From: Arcobacteraceae bacterium
Lineage (GTDB): Bacteria; Campylobacterota; Campylobacteria; Campylobacterales; Arcobacteraceae
Length of the DNA stretch: 64,000 nt
Assembly: GCA_963662945.1 (NCBI GenBank)
Contig: OY759974.1
Span: 512,001-576,000 of the forward strand
Direction: 5' to 3'
Shown: positions 37,588 to 47,526 of the stretch, piece by piece
How positions within the stretch are numbered: position 1 is the stretch's first letter
Layout: the number at the start of each line of letters is the position of its first letter
Position numbers and translations under genes: made by a program
Notes under the pieces: model-generated
What the model was told of the DNA's origin: nothing
Seen by the model: only the letters and a program-made list of their open reading frames with translations
Databases searched by the model: none

Positions 37588-38094
37588 ATGGAAAAAGAGA
37601 TTTTATCAAGATGTAAATGTGGTGGAGATATTATCATCCATGATGCACTTTTTGAATGTAACAAATGCAAAGCACAGGTGTGGAAATATAGTTTTAAAAG
37701 AGAGTTTAAAGAAAAAGAAGCCAAAAAACTTTTTAAAGGTGAAACTATCATGCTCAAAGGTTTTAAATCAAATACAAATAATCTTTTTGATACAAAAGCT
37801 TTTATAAATGAGGGAAAAGTGGAGCTACTCTTTGATGATGATACAAAATCTACTACTATGTTTTTATGCCAATGTGGCGGGGAAGTTACAAAGATAAATG
37901 GCGGCTACAAATGCCACTCTTGTGAAAAAATAGTATGGGAAAGATTTATGAACAAACTTCTCACTTTTAGACAAGTAAGAAGACTCTTTAAAGGGGATGG
38001 TCTAAAACTTAACAATCTTAAATCTCAAAGGGGAAATATCTTTAATGCTGAGATATTTTATGCCACTGATGGTGTGAGTTTAGAATATATTTGA
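37588..38094 (+). CDS. Stand-alone protein of two zinc-ribbon/topoisomerase C-terminal (Toprim_Crpt-like) repeats
   Basis: Two copies of CxCGG...F/Y.CxxC...VW...F.......LFKG....L....S...N.F.; GAGG RBS. Confidence 0.7.
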   Translation: MEKEILSRCKCGGDIIIHDALFECNKCKAQVWKYSFKREFKEKEAKKLFKGETIMLKGFKSNTNNLFDTKAFINEGKVELLFDDDTKSTTMFLCQCGGEVTKINGGYKCHSCEKIVWERFMNKLLTFRQVRRLFKGDGLKLNNLKSQRGNIFNAEIFYATDGVSLEYI

Positions 38095-38128
38095 TAGAAT
38101 ACAAAAAAACTAAACAAAAGGTATTTTG

Positions 38129-38908
38129 ATGTTATTAGGTGTAAATATTGACCATATTGCTGTTTTAAGAGAAGCTCGAAAAATAAATGATCCAAATATT
38201 GTAGATGCTATTGGTATTTGTAAACTTAGTGGTGCAGACCAAATCACTATACATTTAAGAGAGGATAGAAGACATATACACGATGAAGATGCTGTGAATA
38301 TTATCAACCTCTCCCCTCTTCCTGTGAACTTAGAGTGCAGTATCAATGAAGATATTATAGATATAGTTTGCTCCCTTAAACCTCATAGAGCAACACTTGT
38401 TCCTGAAAATAGAGATGAAGTGACCACTGAAGGTGGACTTGATTTAGCATCAAATATGGAAAAACTCCAAAAAGCAATAGAGAAACTACACCAAAATGAG
38501 ATAGAAGTTTCACTTTTTATAGACCCAACACAACAGATGATAGAACTCTCACGTGAATTAAATGTAGAATGGATTGAACTACATACTGGAAGTTTTGCAA
38601 ACATTTATGCAATGTTATATGGAGGATTACAAAATTCTCATCATAGTATCAAAGAGTTAGAGTTACCACGAGATATTCTTACAAAAAAATTCACTAATTC
38701 TATTAAAGAGATTGAAGAAGCTTCAAAATATGCAAATAGTCTTAAATTAAAAGTTGCAGCTGGTCACGGACTTAATTATCAAAATGTAAAATATATGACA
38801 AATATCAAAGAGATAGAGGAGCTAAATATTGGTCAAAGTATCATAGCTCGAAGTGTATTTACAGGTCTTGAAAAAGCTATTCTTGATATGAAAGAGTTAG
38901 TACAATAA
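38129..38908 (+). CDS. pdxJ: Pyridoxine 5'-phosphate synthase
   Basis: LGVNIDHIA, HLREDRRHI, TTEGGLD, AGHGL, ELNIG. Confidence 0.97.
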   Translation: MLLGVNIDHIAVLREARKINDPNIVDAIGICKLSGADQITIHLREDRRHIHDEDAVNIINLSPLPVNLECSINEDIIDIVCSLKPHRATLVPENRDEVTTEGGLDLASNMEKLQKAIEKLHQNEIEVSLFIDPTQQMIELSRELNVEWIELHTGSFANIYAMLYGGLQNSHHSIKELELPRDILTKKFTNSIKEIEEASKYANSLKLKVAAGHGLNYQNVKYMTNIKEIEELNIGQSIIARSVFTGLEKAILDMKELVQ

Positions 38909-38909
38909 G

Positions 38910-39821
38910 ATGTTAAAAAAAGTAGCAATAAGTATTGGGGATATAAATGGTGTTGGTATCCAGTTAGCATTAGAAAATCATGAAAAAGTATCAAAACTTT
39001 GTGAGCCAATCTATTGTATAGATAAAAAACTTTTAAATAAAGCTGCTAAAAAACTCAATCTTACTATTCCAGATGATTTTACTATATCTGGTAAATATAA
39101 AAAAACAGAGATAAATCCAGGTGTTGTAAAAGAAGATTCTGGGTTATTCTCATATCATTCTTTTATAAACTGTATAAGTTTAGCCAAAAAACACAAAGTT
39201 GATGCAATCTGTACACTCCCTATCAATAAAGAATCATGGAGTAAAGCTGGGATAGATTATGTGGGGCATACAGATATGTTGCGAGATATATTTAAACAAG
39301 ATGCTATCATGATGTTAGGATGCCAAAAAATGTTTGTGGCACTTTTTACAGAGCATATTGCTTTAAAAAAAGTTCCAAAACAAATCAAGACAAAAAAGTT
39401 AGTCACTTTTTTAACAGATTTTTATAGTGCAATTAGAAAACCAAAAGAAGCTATTGCAGTTCTAGGACTCAATCCTCACGCAGGAGATAATGGAGTATTG
39501 GGAGATGAAGAGATAAAAATAAAAAAAGCTATCAAAATAGTAAATGAAAAACTCAAATCAAACTTTGAACTTCAGGTTCCAGATATAGCATTTACTCCAC
39601 ATATAAGAGAAAAGTATCAATATTTTGTAGCAATGTATCACGACCAAGGATTAGCACCATTAAAAGCGCTTTATTTTGAGGAGAGTATCAATATATCTTT
39701 AAATCTACCAATTCTTAGAACATCTGTAGATCATGGGACTGCTTTTGATATAGCATATAAAAAAGATAATAACCTTTCAAATAAAAGCTATATCAATGCA
39801 ATCAAAGCGGCAGTTAATTAA
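38910..39821 (+). CDS. pdxA: 4-hydroxythreonine-4-phosphate dehydrogenase
   Basis: PINKE, GHTD, LNPHAGD, MYHDQG, RTSVDHGTAFDIA. Confidence 0.96.
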   Translation: MLKKVAISIGDINGVGIQLALENHEKVSKLCEPIYCIDKKLLNKAAKKLNLTIPDDFTISGKYKKTEINPGVVKEDSGLFSYHSFINCISLAKKHKVDAICTLPINKESWSKAGIDYVGHTDMLRDIFKQDAIMMLGCQKMFVALFTEHIALKKVPKQIKTKKLVTFLTDFYSAIRKPKEAIAVLGLNPHAGDNGVLGDEEIKIKKAIKIVNEKLKSNFELQVPDIAFTPHIREKYQYFVAMYHDQGLAPLKALYFEESINISLNLPILRTSVDHGTAFDIAYKKDNNLSNKSYINAIKAAVN

Positions 39822-39823
39822 AA

Positions 39824-40750
39824 TTAACCGTCGTTTGTAATAGCTTCAATCAGTTCTTCTAAAACTCTCTCTGCATCTTCATTTGCAACTTGACAAGTTC
39901 CAGCAGCAGTGTGTCCACCACCACCATATTTTAAACAAAGCTCACCAATATTTGTTTTTGAATTTCTATTTACAATAGATTTTCCTATAGCAAAAACTGT
40001 ATTTTGATTTTGGAAACCATTTAATACATGGATAGAGATATTTATCTCTGGATTTACAGCATACATAATAAATCTATTTCCAGGGTATATAACCTCTTCA
40101 TCTCTTAAATCAAGTACTATAAGATTGTTGTACATAATTGAACATTCTTCAAGTTGCATTCTAAATTGATCTTCGTATGATTTATATAAATCAGTTCTTT
40201 CAACTACATCAGGAAGTTGCATAATCTCTTCTATATCATGATCAATACAATAATCAATCAAATCCATCATAAGCTGATAATTTGATATTCTAAAATCTCT
40301 AAATCTTCCAAGACCAGTTCTTGAATCCATAATAAAACTTAGAAGCTCCCATCCCTCTGGATGCAAAATTTCATCAACACTAAATTGTGCTGCATCTGCT
40401 TTATCAACAGCAGCCATCATCAGTTCACTTACATTTGGTAACTTCTCTTTTCCACCATAATAATCATATACAACTCTTGCCGCACTTGGTGCATCTGGAA
40501 TAATAAAATGGTTAGGAGCTTTTTCATTTCTTATAGTTTCACTTTCATGATGATCAAATACCATATAAGCTTCTTTACAATAAGGAAGATTTGTAATAAT
40601 GTCGTTTGATGTAATTTCGATAATTCCATCTTGCATATCTTTTGGATGTACAAATTTTATCTCATCAATCATATCTAATTGTTTTAAAATCACTGCACAC
40701 ACCAAACCATCCATATCACTTCTTGTAACTAATCTATATTTCTTTGACAT
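39824..40750 (-). CDS. DHH-family phosphoesterase (exopolyphosphatase-related / nanoRNase-like)
   Basis: RSDMDG, FDHH, GGGGH..AG DHHA1 motif. Confidence 0.85.
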   Translation of the reverse strand: MSKKYRLVTRSDMDGLVCAVILKQLDMIDEIKFVHPKDMQDGIIEITSNDIITNLPYCKEAYMVFDHHESETIRNEKAPNHFIIPDAPSAARVVYDYYGGKEKLPNVSELMMAAVDKADAAQFSVDEILHPEGWELLSFIMDSRTGLGRFRDFRISNYQLMMDLIDYCIDHDIEEIMQLPDVVERTDLYKSYEDQFRMQLEECSIMYNNLIVLDLRDEEVIYPGNRFIMYAVNPEINISIHVLNGFQNQNTVFAIGKSIVNRNSKTNIGELCLKYGGGGHTAAGTCQVANEDAERVLEELIEAITNDG

Positions 40751-40763
40751 CTTAAATTTCCTT

Positions 40764-41474
40764 CTATTCTAAATTTGTATACACATGTTGTACATCATCA
40801 TCATCTTCAAGTTTTTCTAACAATACTGATAACTCTTCCATCTCTTCATCTGTTATCTCTATTGGTGCATTTGGTACTCGAGATAATGTTCCTTTTTCAT
40901 ATTCTAAGTCCATCGCATGCAGTTTATTTGACATATTACCAAAGTCTGTATAATCTGCAATTATAGAAATATTTTCATCATCTTCTATTTTAATTTCTTC
41001 TAATCCAGCATCAATAAGTTCCATCTCTAAATCATCCATATCCATATCTGGTTTCTTCATCTCAAATATAGCTTTTCTATCAAAATGAAATTCTAAAGAA
41101 CCTGTAGGAACTAATGAACCACCATTTTTATTAAATATTGTTTTTATATTAGCTACTGTTCTTGCTGTATTTTCCGTTGCTGTTTCTACAAAAATAAGTA
41201 CTCCACTCTTCCACTTACCTTCATAATTTACTTCTGCCATATTTGCAACATCTTTAGCACTAGCTCTTTTGATAGCTGCTTCAATATTATCTTTTGGTAA
41301 ATTTTGCGCTTTTGCTGTTTGTATTGCAGTTCTTAATGCTGCATTTGAATCAGGATCACTACTCCCACCTTTTGCAGCCATGGTTATTGCTTTTGCTAAT
41401 TTAGGGAATACTCTTGACATATTTCCCCATCTTTTCATCTTTGCTGCTTTTCTATACTCAAAGGCTCTACCCAT
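40764..41474 (-). CDS. yebC: YebC/PmpR family protein
   Basis: MGRAFEYRK, N..LR.AI, YEG, LEDDDDVQHVY.N. Confidence 0.93.
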   Translation of the reverse strand: MGRAFEYRKAAKMKRWGNMSRVFPKLAKAITMAAKGGSSDPDSNAALRTAIQTAKAQNLPKDNIEAAIKRASAKDVANMAEVNYEGKWKSGVLIFVETATENTARTVANIKTIFNKNGGSLVPTGSLEFHFDRKAIFEMKKPDMDMDDLEMELIDAGLEEIKIEDDENISIIADYTDFGNMSNKLHAMDLEYEKGTLSRVPNAPIEITDEEMEELSVLLEKLEDDDDVQHVYTNLE

Positions 41475-41544
41475 TCTTTATATTCTCCTTAAACTTATCT
41501 ATTCTTAATATTTTGGACAATTTTATCATAATAAAACTAATTTT

Positions 41545-42162
41545 TCACAAACCTTGAAGCAAAATATTCCAGATATATTCAACTTCATCATCATTAAATG
41601 ATAAGGTACTTTTCCCTTCAAAAAGTTCTTTTATTTTTTGAAGAGAAAAACTTTTGCTGTAACTACAGTGTGCATGTGTTGGTAAAAAACTCCTAACAAG
41701 AGATATATCTTGAGAAATTGTCTCTTCACACAATAAACACTCATATTCAGTATGTAAACGACCTTCATGTTCACATAATAAAACATAACTCTCTATAATA
41801 GCTCTTTTAGGATTTTGTTTTACCATTTTATGAGCTAACGTATCAAGGAGTTCAAAATAAAAATCTTCTATCTCTTCCACATCTTTTAAATGGGGATAAA
41901 ATAGTTTTATAAATCGTTGCCAACAATATAATTTTTGAGAATCTAATATCCAAGGATATCCAATTTGAATAACATCTTTAAGTCTAGGGATGGTACTTTT
42001 TAAATTTGTTTCTATTTCAAAATCTATTTTAAATCCTACATGTATAATAGAGTGTCTAGCCCCATAAAAACGGTAAGTTGTATAAAGATTATTTTCTGTT
42101 AATATGGTAACAATTAAGTCCTCATCTTTAACATTATTGATGTTTATTATATATCCCTGCAT
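41545..42162 (-). CDS. recO: Campylobacterota-type recombination mediator RecO
   Basis: MQGYI...KDEDLIV...YRFYGARHS, EGRLH..C..C, H..C. Confidence 0.88.
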   Translation of the reverse strand: MQGYIININNVKDEDLIVTILTENNLYTTYRFYGARHSIIHVGFKIDFEIETNLKSTIPRLKDVIQIGYPWILDSQKLYCWQRFIKLFYPHLKDVEEIEDFYFELLDTLAHKMVKQNPKRAIIESYVLLCEHEGRLHTEYECLLCEETISQDISLVRSFLPTHAHCSYSKSFSLQKIKELFEGKSTLSFNDDEVEYIWNILLQGL

Positions 42163-42315
42163 TGGATTATTATAGCTTAATTTTTGTTAAACTAGATTTT
42201 AAGCTTCTTTTGGATACAATCGCATAAATATAGGGAATCTTTGCAAACAAACTTAAATAGGTTAAGTTTCTATTTTAAAGATACCGTATTTATACACAAA
42301 GGTAATTAATAAAAT

Positions 42316-43794
42316 ATGAAATTTACAGATTTTAATCTAAAACAAGAGCTTAACAAAGCAATCGAAACAGCGGGATTTATTCAACCAAGTCCTATTCAAG
42401 AAGAGGCTATTCCTCAAGTGCTTATGGGTAAAGATATCGTAGCACAAGCACAAACAGGTACAGGGAAAACTGCAGCATTTGGACTTCCAGTTCTAAACAT
42501 GATGGAATGTAATGGAAAAGTTGAAATGGTTGTTATTGTACCAACAAGAGAACTTGCTATTCAAGTAAGTGATGAATTATTTAAATTCGGAAAGTTTTTA
42601 AATATAAAAACAGCAACAGTCTATGGTGGAACAGCGTATTCAAGACAAATTAAACATGTTGAAAGTGCTTCAATTATTGTAGCAACTCCAGGGAGATTTT
42701 TAGATTTACTTTCAAAAAAACAAATCAATATAAATCCAAAATATGTAGTTCTTGATGAAGCAGATGAGATGATGGATATGGGATTTTTAGATGATATTAA
42801 AGAGATTTTTGAACATCTAAAAAATAGAAAACAAACTTTAATGTTCTCTGCAACTATGCCCCTTCCAATTAAAAAACTAGCGGAAAAAATACTAGTAGAC
42901 CCATCTTTTATTACAGTAACTAAACAAGAGATGACAAATACGAAAATTGCACAATCTTTTTATGTTGTTGAAGAATATGAAAGAGATGATGCACTTATTC
43001 GACTTTTTGATTTTAAAAATCCAGAAAAAGCGATAGTATTTTGTAAAATGAAACGAGATGTTGACAGACTTTCAACATATTTAGTAGCACAAGGTTACAG
43101 TGCAAAAGGTCTTCATGGAGATATGGAGCAAAGACAAAGAGAAGAAGTTATACGAGCTTTTAAAACTGATACGTTAGAAGTTTTAGTTGCAACAGATGTA
43201 GCGGCACGTGGACTTGATGTAAAGGGTGTAACACACGTATTTAACTACCAACTTCCATTTGATAGTGAAAGTTATGTTCACAGAATCGGACGAACAGGTC
43301 GTGGTGGTAAAGAAGGAAGTGCAGTTTCAATTGTAACTCCAGCAGAATTTAGAAGTTTACAAAAAATACAAAAAGATGTAGGTTCAAATATAGAAAGTAA
43401 AATTGTTCCAAATAAAGCTTTAGTAAAAGATAAAGCCGTATTAGCGCTAAAAGAAAAAATTGCAACACAAGAGATTGATGAAGCAGTATATGAACTTGTT
43501 GAACAATTAAAAGAACAATATGATCTATCTAGTATCACTTATAAACTTGCGACAATCCTTATGAACCAAACAAAAATCAAAGGAAAAGATACTATTGGTA
43601 AATCTCAAAAAGATATTGAATTTTTACTAGAACGTGCTTTAAAAAGTAATGGTAGAGATTCAAGAGGTGGACGAAGTGGAAGCCGAAGTAGAGATAGAAA
43701 CAGAAGTGGCGGAAATAGAGACAGAAACCGAAATAGTGGAAATAAAGACAGAAATAGAAGTAGTGGAAACAAAGACTCAAGAGGTAGAAGATAA
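42316..43794 (+). CDS. DEAD-box RNA helicase
   Basis: Q motif, AQTGTGKT, PTRELA, DEAD, SAT, HRIGRTGR; basic R/S/G tail. Confidence 0.96.
   Translation: MKFTDFNLKQELNKAIETAGFIQPSPIQEEAIPQVLMGKDIVAQAQTGTGKTAAFGLPVLNMMECNGKVEMVVIVPTRELAIQVSDELFKFGKFLNIKTATVYGGTAYSRQIKHVESASIIVATPGRFLDLLSKKQININPKYVVLDEADEMMDMGFLDDIKEIFEHLKNRKQTLMFSATMPLPIKKLAEKILVDPSFITVTKQEMTNTKIAQSFYVVEEYERDDALIRLFDFKNPEKAIVFCKMKRDVDRLSTYLVAQGYSAKGLHGDMEQRQREEVIRAFKTDTLEVLVATDVAARGLDVKGVTHVFNYQLPFDSESYVHRIGRTGRGGKEGSAVSIVTPAEFRSLQKIQKDVGSNIESKIVPNKALVKDKAVLALKEKIATQEIDEAVYELVEQLKEQYDLSSITYKLATILMNQTKIKGKDTIGKSQKDIEFLLERALKSNGRDSRGGRSGSRSRDRNRSGGNRDRNRNSGNKDRNRSSGNKDSRGRR
43690..43776 (+). repeat. 27-bp x ~3.2 coding tandem repeat ([RK]DRNRxxGN)
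   Basis: RDRNRSGGN RDRNRNSGN KDRNRSSGN KD. Confidence 0.8.
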
Positions 43795-43797
43795 TCT

Positions 43798-44679
43798 ATG
43801 ACTTCTCAAAAAAAAGCAACAGTAGTATCTAGTAGTGTAGCAGCATTTCTCACATTGATGAAATTTGCTGTTGGACTTTTAAGTGGTTCTGTTGCTGTTT
43901 TAGCAAGTGCTGTTGATAGTATACTTGATATGTTTGTATCTGTTTTCAACTACTTTGCTATTACAAATTCTGAGAAACCTGCTGATGATGAATTTAATTA
44001 TGGTAGAGGAAAAATAGAAGCACTAGCTAGTGTAATAGAGGGTGTTATTATCTCTATGTCAGGGCTTTTTCTTTTATATACTGCAGTTAAAAAATATTTT
44101 TCAAATGAAACATCTTCTTATTTAGATGTTTCACTTATCGTAATGATAATATCACTTTTTATAACTATAGGACTTGTAACATACCTTAACAAAGTTGCAA
44201 AAGATACAAATAGTATGGTTATAAAAGCTGATGCACTTCACTATAAAACAGATGTTTGGGTAAATGGTGCTGTACTTTTTTCGATAGTAGCTGTTTACAT
44301 TACAGGTTATGAAATAGTTGATATTTTAATTGGTGGAGCTATATCCGTTTATATCATTTATAGTGCCTATGAACTTATTCAAGAAGGAATTTTAGTACTT
44401 TTAGATAGGGCATTAGATGAAGAAATAGCCAAAGAAATTGTAACAATTATTAAAAATGAAAAAGTAGTAAATGATCACCATTTTTTAAAAACAAGAACTG
44501 CAGGGCATGATAATTTTGTTGAAGTTCATTTAGTTTTTGATTGTTTAATAGGTTTAATGGAGGCACATAAGGCTTCAGATAGAATTGAAGATAAAATAAG
44601 ACAACTTGATTCCTCAAAAAATTGGGTTATAAATATACATCTTGATCCATATGATGATTCTGGAATGAACAAACACTAA
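43798..44679 (+). CDS. Cation diffusion facilitator transporter (FieF-like)
   Basis: DSILD, KPAD..FNYG.GKIE, ADALHYKTD. Confidence 0.92.
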   Translation: MTSQKKATVVSSSVAAFLTLMKFAVGLLSGSVAVLASAVDSILDMFVSVFNYFAITNSEKPADDEFNYGRGKIEALASVIEGVIISMSGLFLLYTAVKKYFSNETSSYLDVSLIVMIISLFITIGLVTYLNKVAKDTNSMVIKADALHYKTDVWVNGAVLFSIVAVYITGYEIVDILIGGAISVYIIYSAYELIQEGILVLLDRALDEEIAKEIVTIIKNEKVVNDHHFLKTRTAGHDNFVEVHLVFDCLIGLMEAHKASDRIEDKIRQLDSSKNWVINIHLDPYDDSGMNKH

Positions 44680-44808
44680 TTTAACAAATAATACAGTAAA
44701 AATTAATTCATATATTATTAATTTTCATATATACTTTCAGATATTAATAATTAAGAAGATAGTATAATCATTCAAAATTTAGTCAAAGATAAATAGGATA
44801 ATAACAAT

Positions 44809-46152
44809 ATGATAACATGGATGCAAAGACACAAAAAATGGCTTATAGTAACAATTTGGGTCAGTACAATAGCGTTTGTTGGTGCTGGTTTCGTTGGTTG
44901 GGGTAGCTATAACTATGGTAAGTCAGATAGTGCAGTTGCAGTTGTTGGAAATAAAGAAGTTCCATTAGCAGATTTACAAACTGAATACAGTAATCTTTAT
45001 GCACAATACCAAAAAATGCTAGGAAAAAGTTTCAATCAAGAGTTAGCTAAACAATTTAAATTAAAACAAATGGCATTACAAAGAGTAATTCAAAAATATC
45101 TACTTTTAAATTATGCAGATGAATTAGGACTTATGACTACAGATTTAGAGGTAGCAAAAGAGTTGGTAAAAATACCATCATTTTTAAAAGATGGAAAATT
45201 TGATAAAAATACTTATGTAAGTGTTTTAAAACAAAATAGAAGAACTGTAAGTGAATTTGAAGATCAACTAAAAAAAGATTTACTTGTAGCCAAAGTTCAA
45301 AAAATATTTGATATAGCACTTGAAAAAAATGAAATCAATAATATAGGTAGTTTACTTTTTAGTCAAGATAAAGTAAGTATCAAAATAATCAAAGATGATA
45401 TGATAAAAATTACACCAACATTAGATGAACTTAAAAAATATTGGGAAAAAAATAAAGAAAACTACAAATCTCCAAAAGGCTATGATATTAGCTACTATAA
45501 AGTAGAAAATATTGATGGAAAAGATACAAAAGAGATGAAAAAAGAAGCTTTAAGAGAGTATCTTGATCTAAAAAAAGAAAAAAACCAATTTCAAAAAACA
45601 ATCACTATTTTTGATAATTCAGACTTCTTACCAAAAGAGGAATTAGATAAAGTTATTACAGCTGAGAATAATGAAGTTTTAAAACCTATTTTAAAAGACA
45701 ATAGTTACTATGTAATCAGAATGAATAAAAAAGTTGCAGCACAAACTTTACCATTTGAAGATGTAAAATCACAAATTAACAAAGCATATATAGTTGAACA
45801 AAAAAATAAACAACTTGAAGAGTTAGCACAAAAAGAACTAAAAAACTTTAATGGTGTTAACATAGGATATGTTACAAGAGCTTCTGATATTGAAGTGAAT
45901 GGGCTTACTAAAGAAGAAACAACTCAAGTATTACAAACAATTTTTAAATCACCTAAAAAAATGAATTATGTAAATTTAGGAACAAAAATTGTATTATTTG
46001 AAATTACAGATACAATGATGCCAACTCTTGATGAAAAAAATATTGAAATAGTAACATCATCAATAGAGGGTGCAAAAACGAATGCAATTACCAGTGTATT
46101 TTTAGAGAAACTACAAAACAAATATGATGTGAAATCATACTTAAGCGAGTAA
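44809..46152 (+). CDS. PpiD-like membrane-anchored periplasmic chaperone (SurA N-terminal domain)
   Basis: MITWMQRHKKWL..TIW.STIAFVGAGFVGWG; upstream of ftsAZ. Confidence 0.85.
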   Translation: MITWMQRHKKWLIVTIWVSTIAFVGAGFVGWGSYNYGKSDSAVAVVGNKEVPLADLQTEYSNLYAQYQKMLGKSFNQELAKQFKLKQMALQRVIQKYLLLNYADELGLMTTDLEVAKELVKIPSFLKDGKFDKNTYVSVLKQNRRTVSEFEDQLKKDLLVAKVQKIFDIALEKNEINNIGSLLFSQDKVSIKIIKDDMIKITPTLDELKKYWEKNKENYKSPKGYDISYYKVENIDGKDTKEMKKEALREYLDLKKEKNQFQKTITIFDNSDFLPKEELDKVITAENNEVLKPILKDNSYYVIRMNKKVAAQTLPFEDVKSQINKAYIVEQKNKQLEELAQKELKNFNGVNIGYVTRASDIEVNGLTKEETTQVLQTIFKSPKKMNYVNLGTKIVLFEITDTMMPTLDEKNIEIVTSSIEGAKTNAITSVFLEKLQNKYDVKSYLSE

Positions 46153-46155
46153 TAT

Positions 46156-47526
46156 TTGAATAATTCTATTTTAGCTATTGATATTGGTACGACAAATATA
46201 ATTGCTATAGTTGCATCAAATGACTATAGTAATAAAATAAATATTTTAGGTGTTGGTCAAACTAAAAGTGAAGGTATAAAAAAAGGAAATATTGTTGATA
46301 TTGATTTAGCAAGTCAATGTATCAATGATGCTGTAGCAACTGCTACAAACAGCTCAGGAACACAAGCTACGAAAGCAGTAGTTTCAATAAGTGGTGCAAA
46401 TACAAAAACATTGATGAGTAATGGTGTAGTGAATATTCCAAGTGGACAAATCACACATAATGATATCAAACAAGTTCTCAAAATGGCACTTTATAATGCG
46501 CAAGTAATTTCTGACTATGAAGTAATCCATGTATTACCTATATTTTTTAGAGTTGATGATGGAACAACAATTACAAATCCATTAAATATGAATGGTTCTA
46601 GAATTGAAGTATCTGTTAATATAATAACAGCAAAAAAAACATCTTTAACAAATGTAAGAAATGCATTAAAACAAGTCAATCTTTCTGTTGATAAATTTGT
46701 TTTGTCTGGATATGCAAATGCAATTGCAACACTTAATGAAGACCAAAAGAAATTAGGAGCTGCTGTTATCAACCTTGGTGGTACGACAAGTCAATTTGTT
46801 GTTCAAAAAGGGACAACAATCATATATAATGATTTTTTACCTATTGGAAGTGAAAACATTACGCACGATATTGTTTCTACATTTCATACACCATATAGTG
46901 CTGCTAATATGATCAAAAAGCAGTATGCTACACTTTTACCTTATGATGATAATGAAAATGAAAATAGTATTAAAAAAGTAAAACTTCCATTATTAGGAAA
47001 TGAATCAGAATCTAAAGAGATTTCATTAGAACAAATTCAACCAATCATTCATGCAAGAATAGAAGAAACACTCTCAATCATACATGATAGACTGGTAGAT
47101 AGTGCTGCTATTGAAAGTATTGATGGAGGAATAGTTCTTACAGGTGGAATGACTTATATACCAGGAATAAAAGAGTTAGCTAGTAAAGTATTTAAAGATA
47201 TCCCCGTTCGAATTTCCAATCCTAAAAATATACAAAATGGTTATATCAATTTTAACGTTCCTACAATGTCAACAATTGTTGGATTATTACTATATGAATT
47301 AGATTGTGATAATGTTTTTGAATTAGATAGTAATACAAACCTTGTACAAATGCATACAAAAAAACAAAATGAAAATACTATGACGCATGCTAAAGAAACT
47401 GCAAATCATTCTCATGAAACGAGTGAATCATTGAATAATATTCAAGATATAAAAAACAATAAACCAAAAGAGGCTAAAAAATCTCTTTTTGGTTCTGTAT
47501 TAGATAAGATGGCAAGGTGGATTTAA
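46156..47526 (+). CDS. ftsA: Cell division protein FtsA
   Basis: AIDIGT, G.KKG.IVDI, ARIEE, VLTGG. Confidence 0.94.
   Translation: MNNSILAIDIGTTNIIAIVASNDYSNKINILGVGQTKSEGIKKGNIVDIDLASQCINDAVATATNSSGTQATKAVVSISGANTKTLMSNGVVNIPSGQITHNDIKQVLKMALYNAQVISDYEVIHVLPIFFRVDDGTTITNPLNMNGSRIEVSVNIITAKKTSLTNVRNALKQVNLSVDKFVLSGYANAIATLNEDQKKLGAAVINLGGTTSQFVVQKGTTIIYNDFLPIGSENITHDIVSTFHTPYSAANMIKKQYATLLPYDDNENENSIKKVKLPLLGNESESKEISLEQIQPIIHARIEETLSIIHDRLVDSAAIESIDGGIVLTGGMTYIPGIKELASKVFKDIPVRISNPKNIQNGYINFNVPTMSTIVGLLLYELDCDNVFELDSNTNLVQMHTKKQNENTMTHAKETANHSHETSESLNNIQDIKNNKPKEAKKSLFGSVLDKMARWI

Noticed and set aside
37547-37807. Alternative-frame ORFs overlapping the zinc-ribbon gene (+86 aa, -62 aa)
   Set aside because: The 37588 frame has the RBS and a coherent duplicated domain; the others look like shadows
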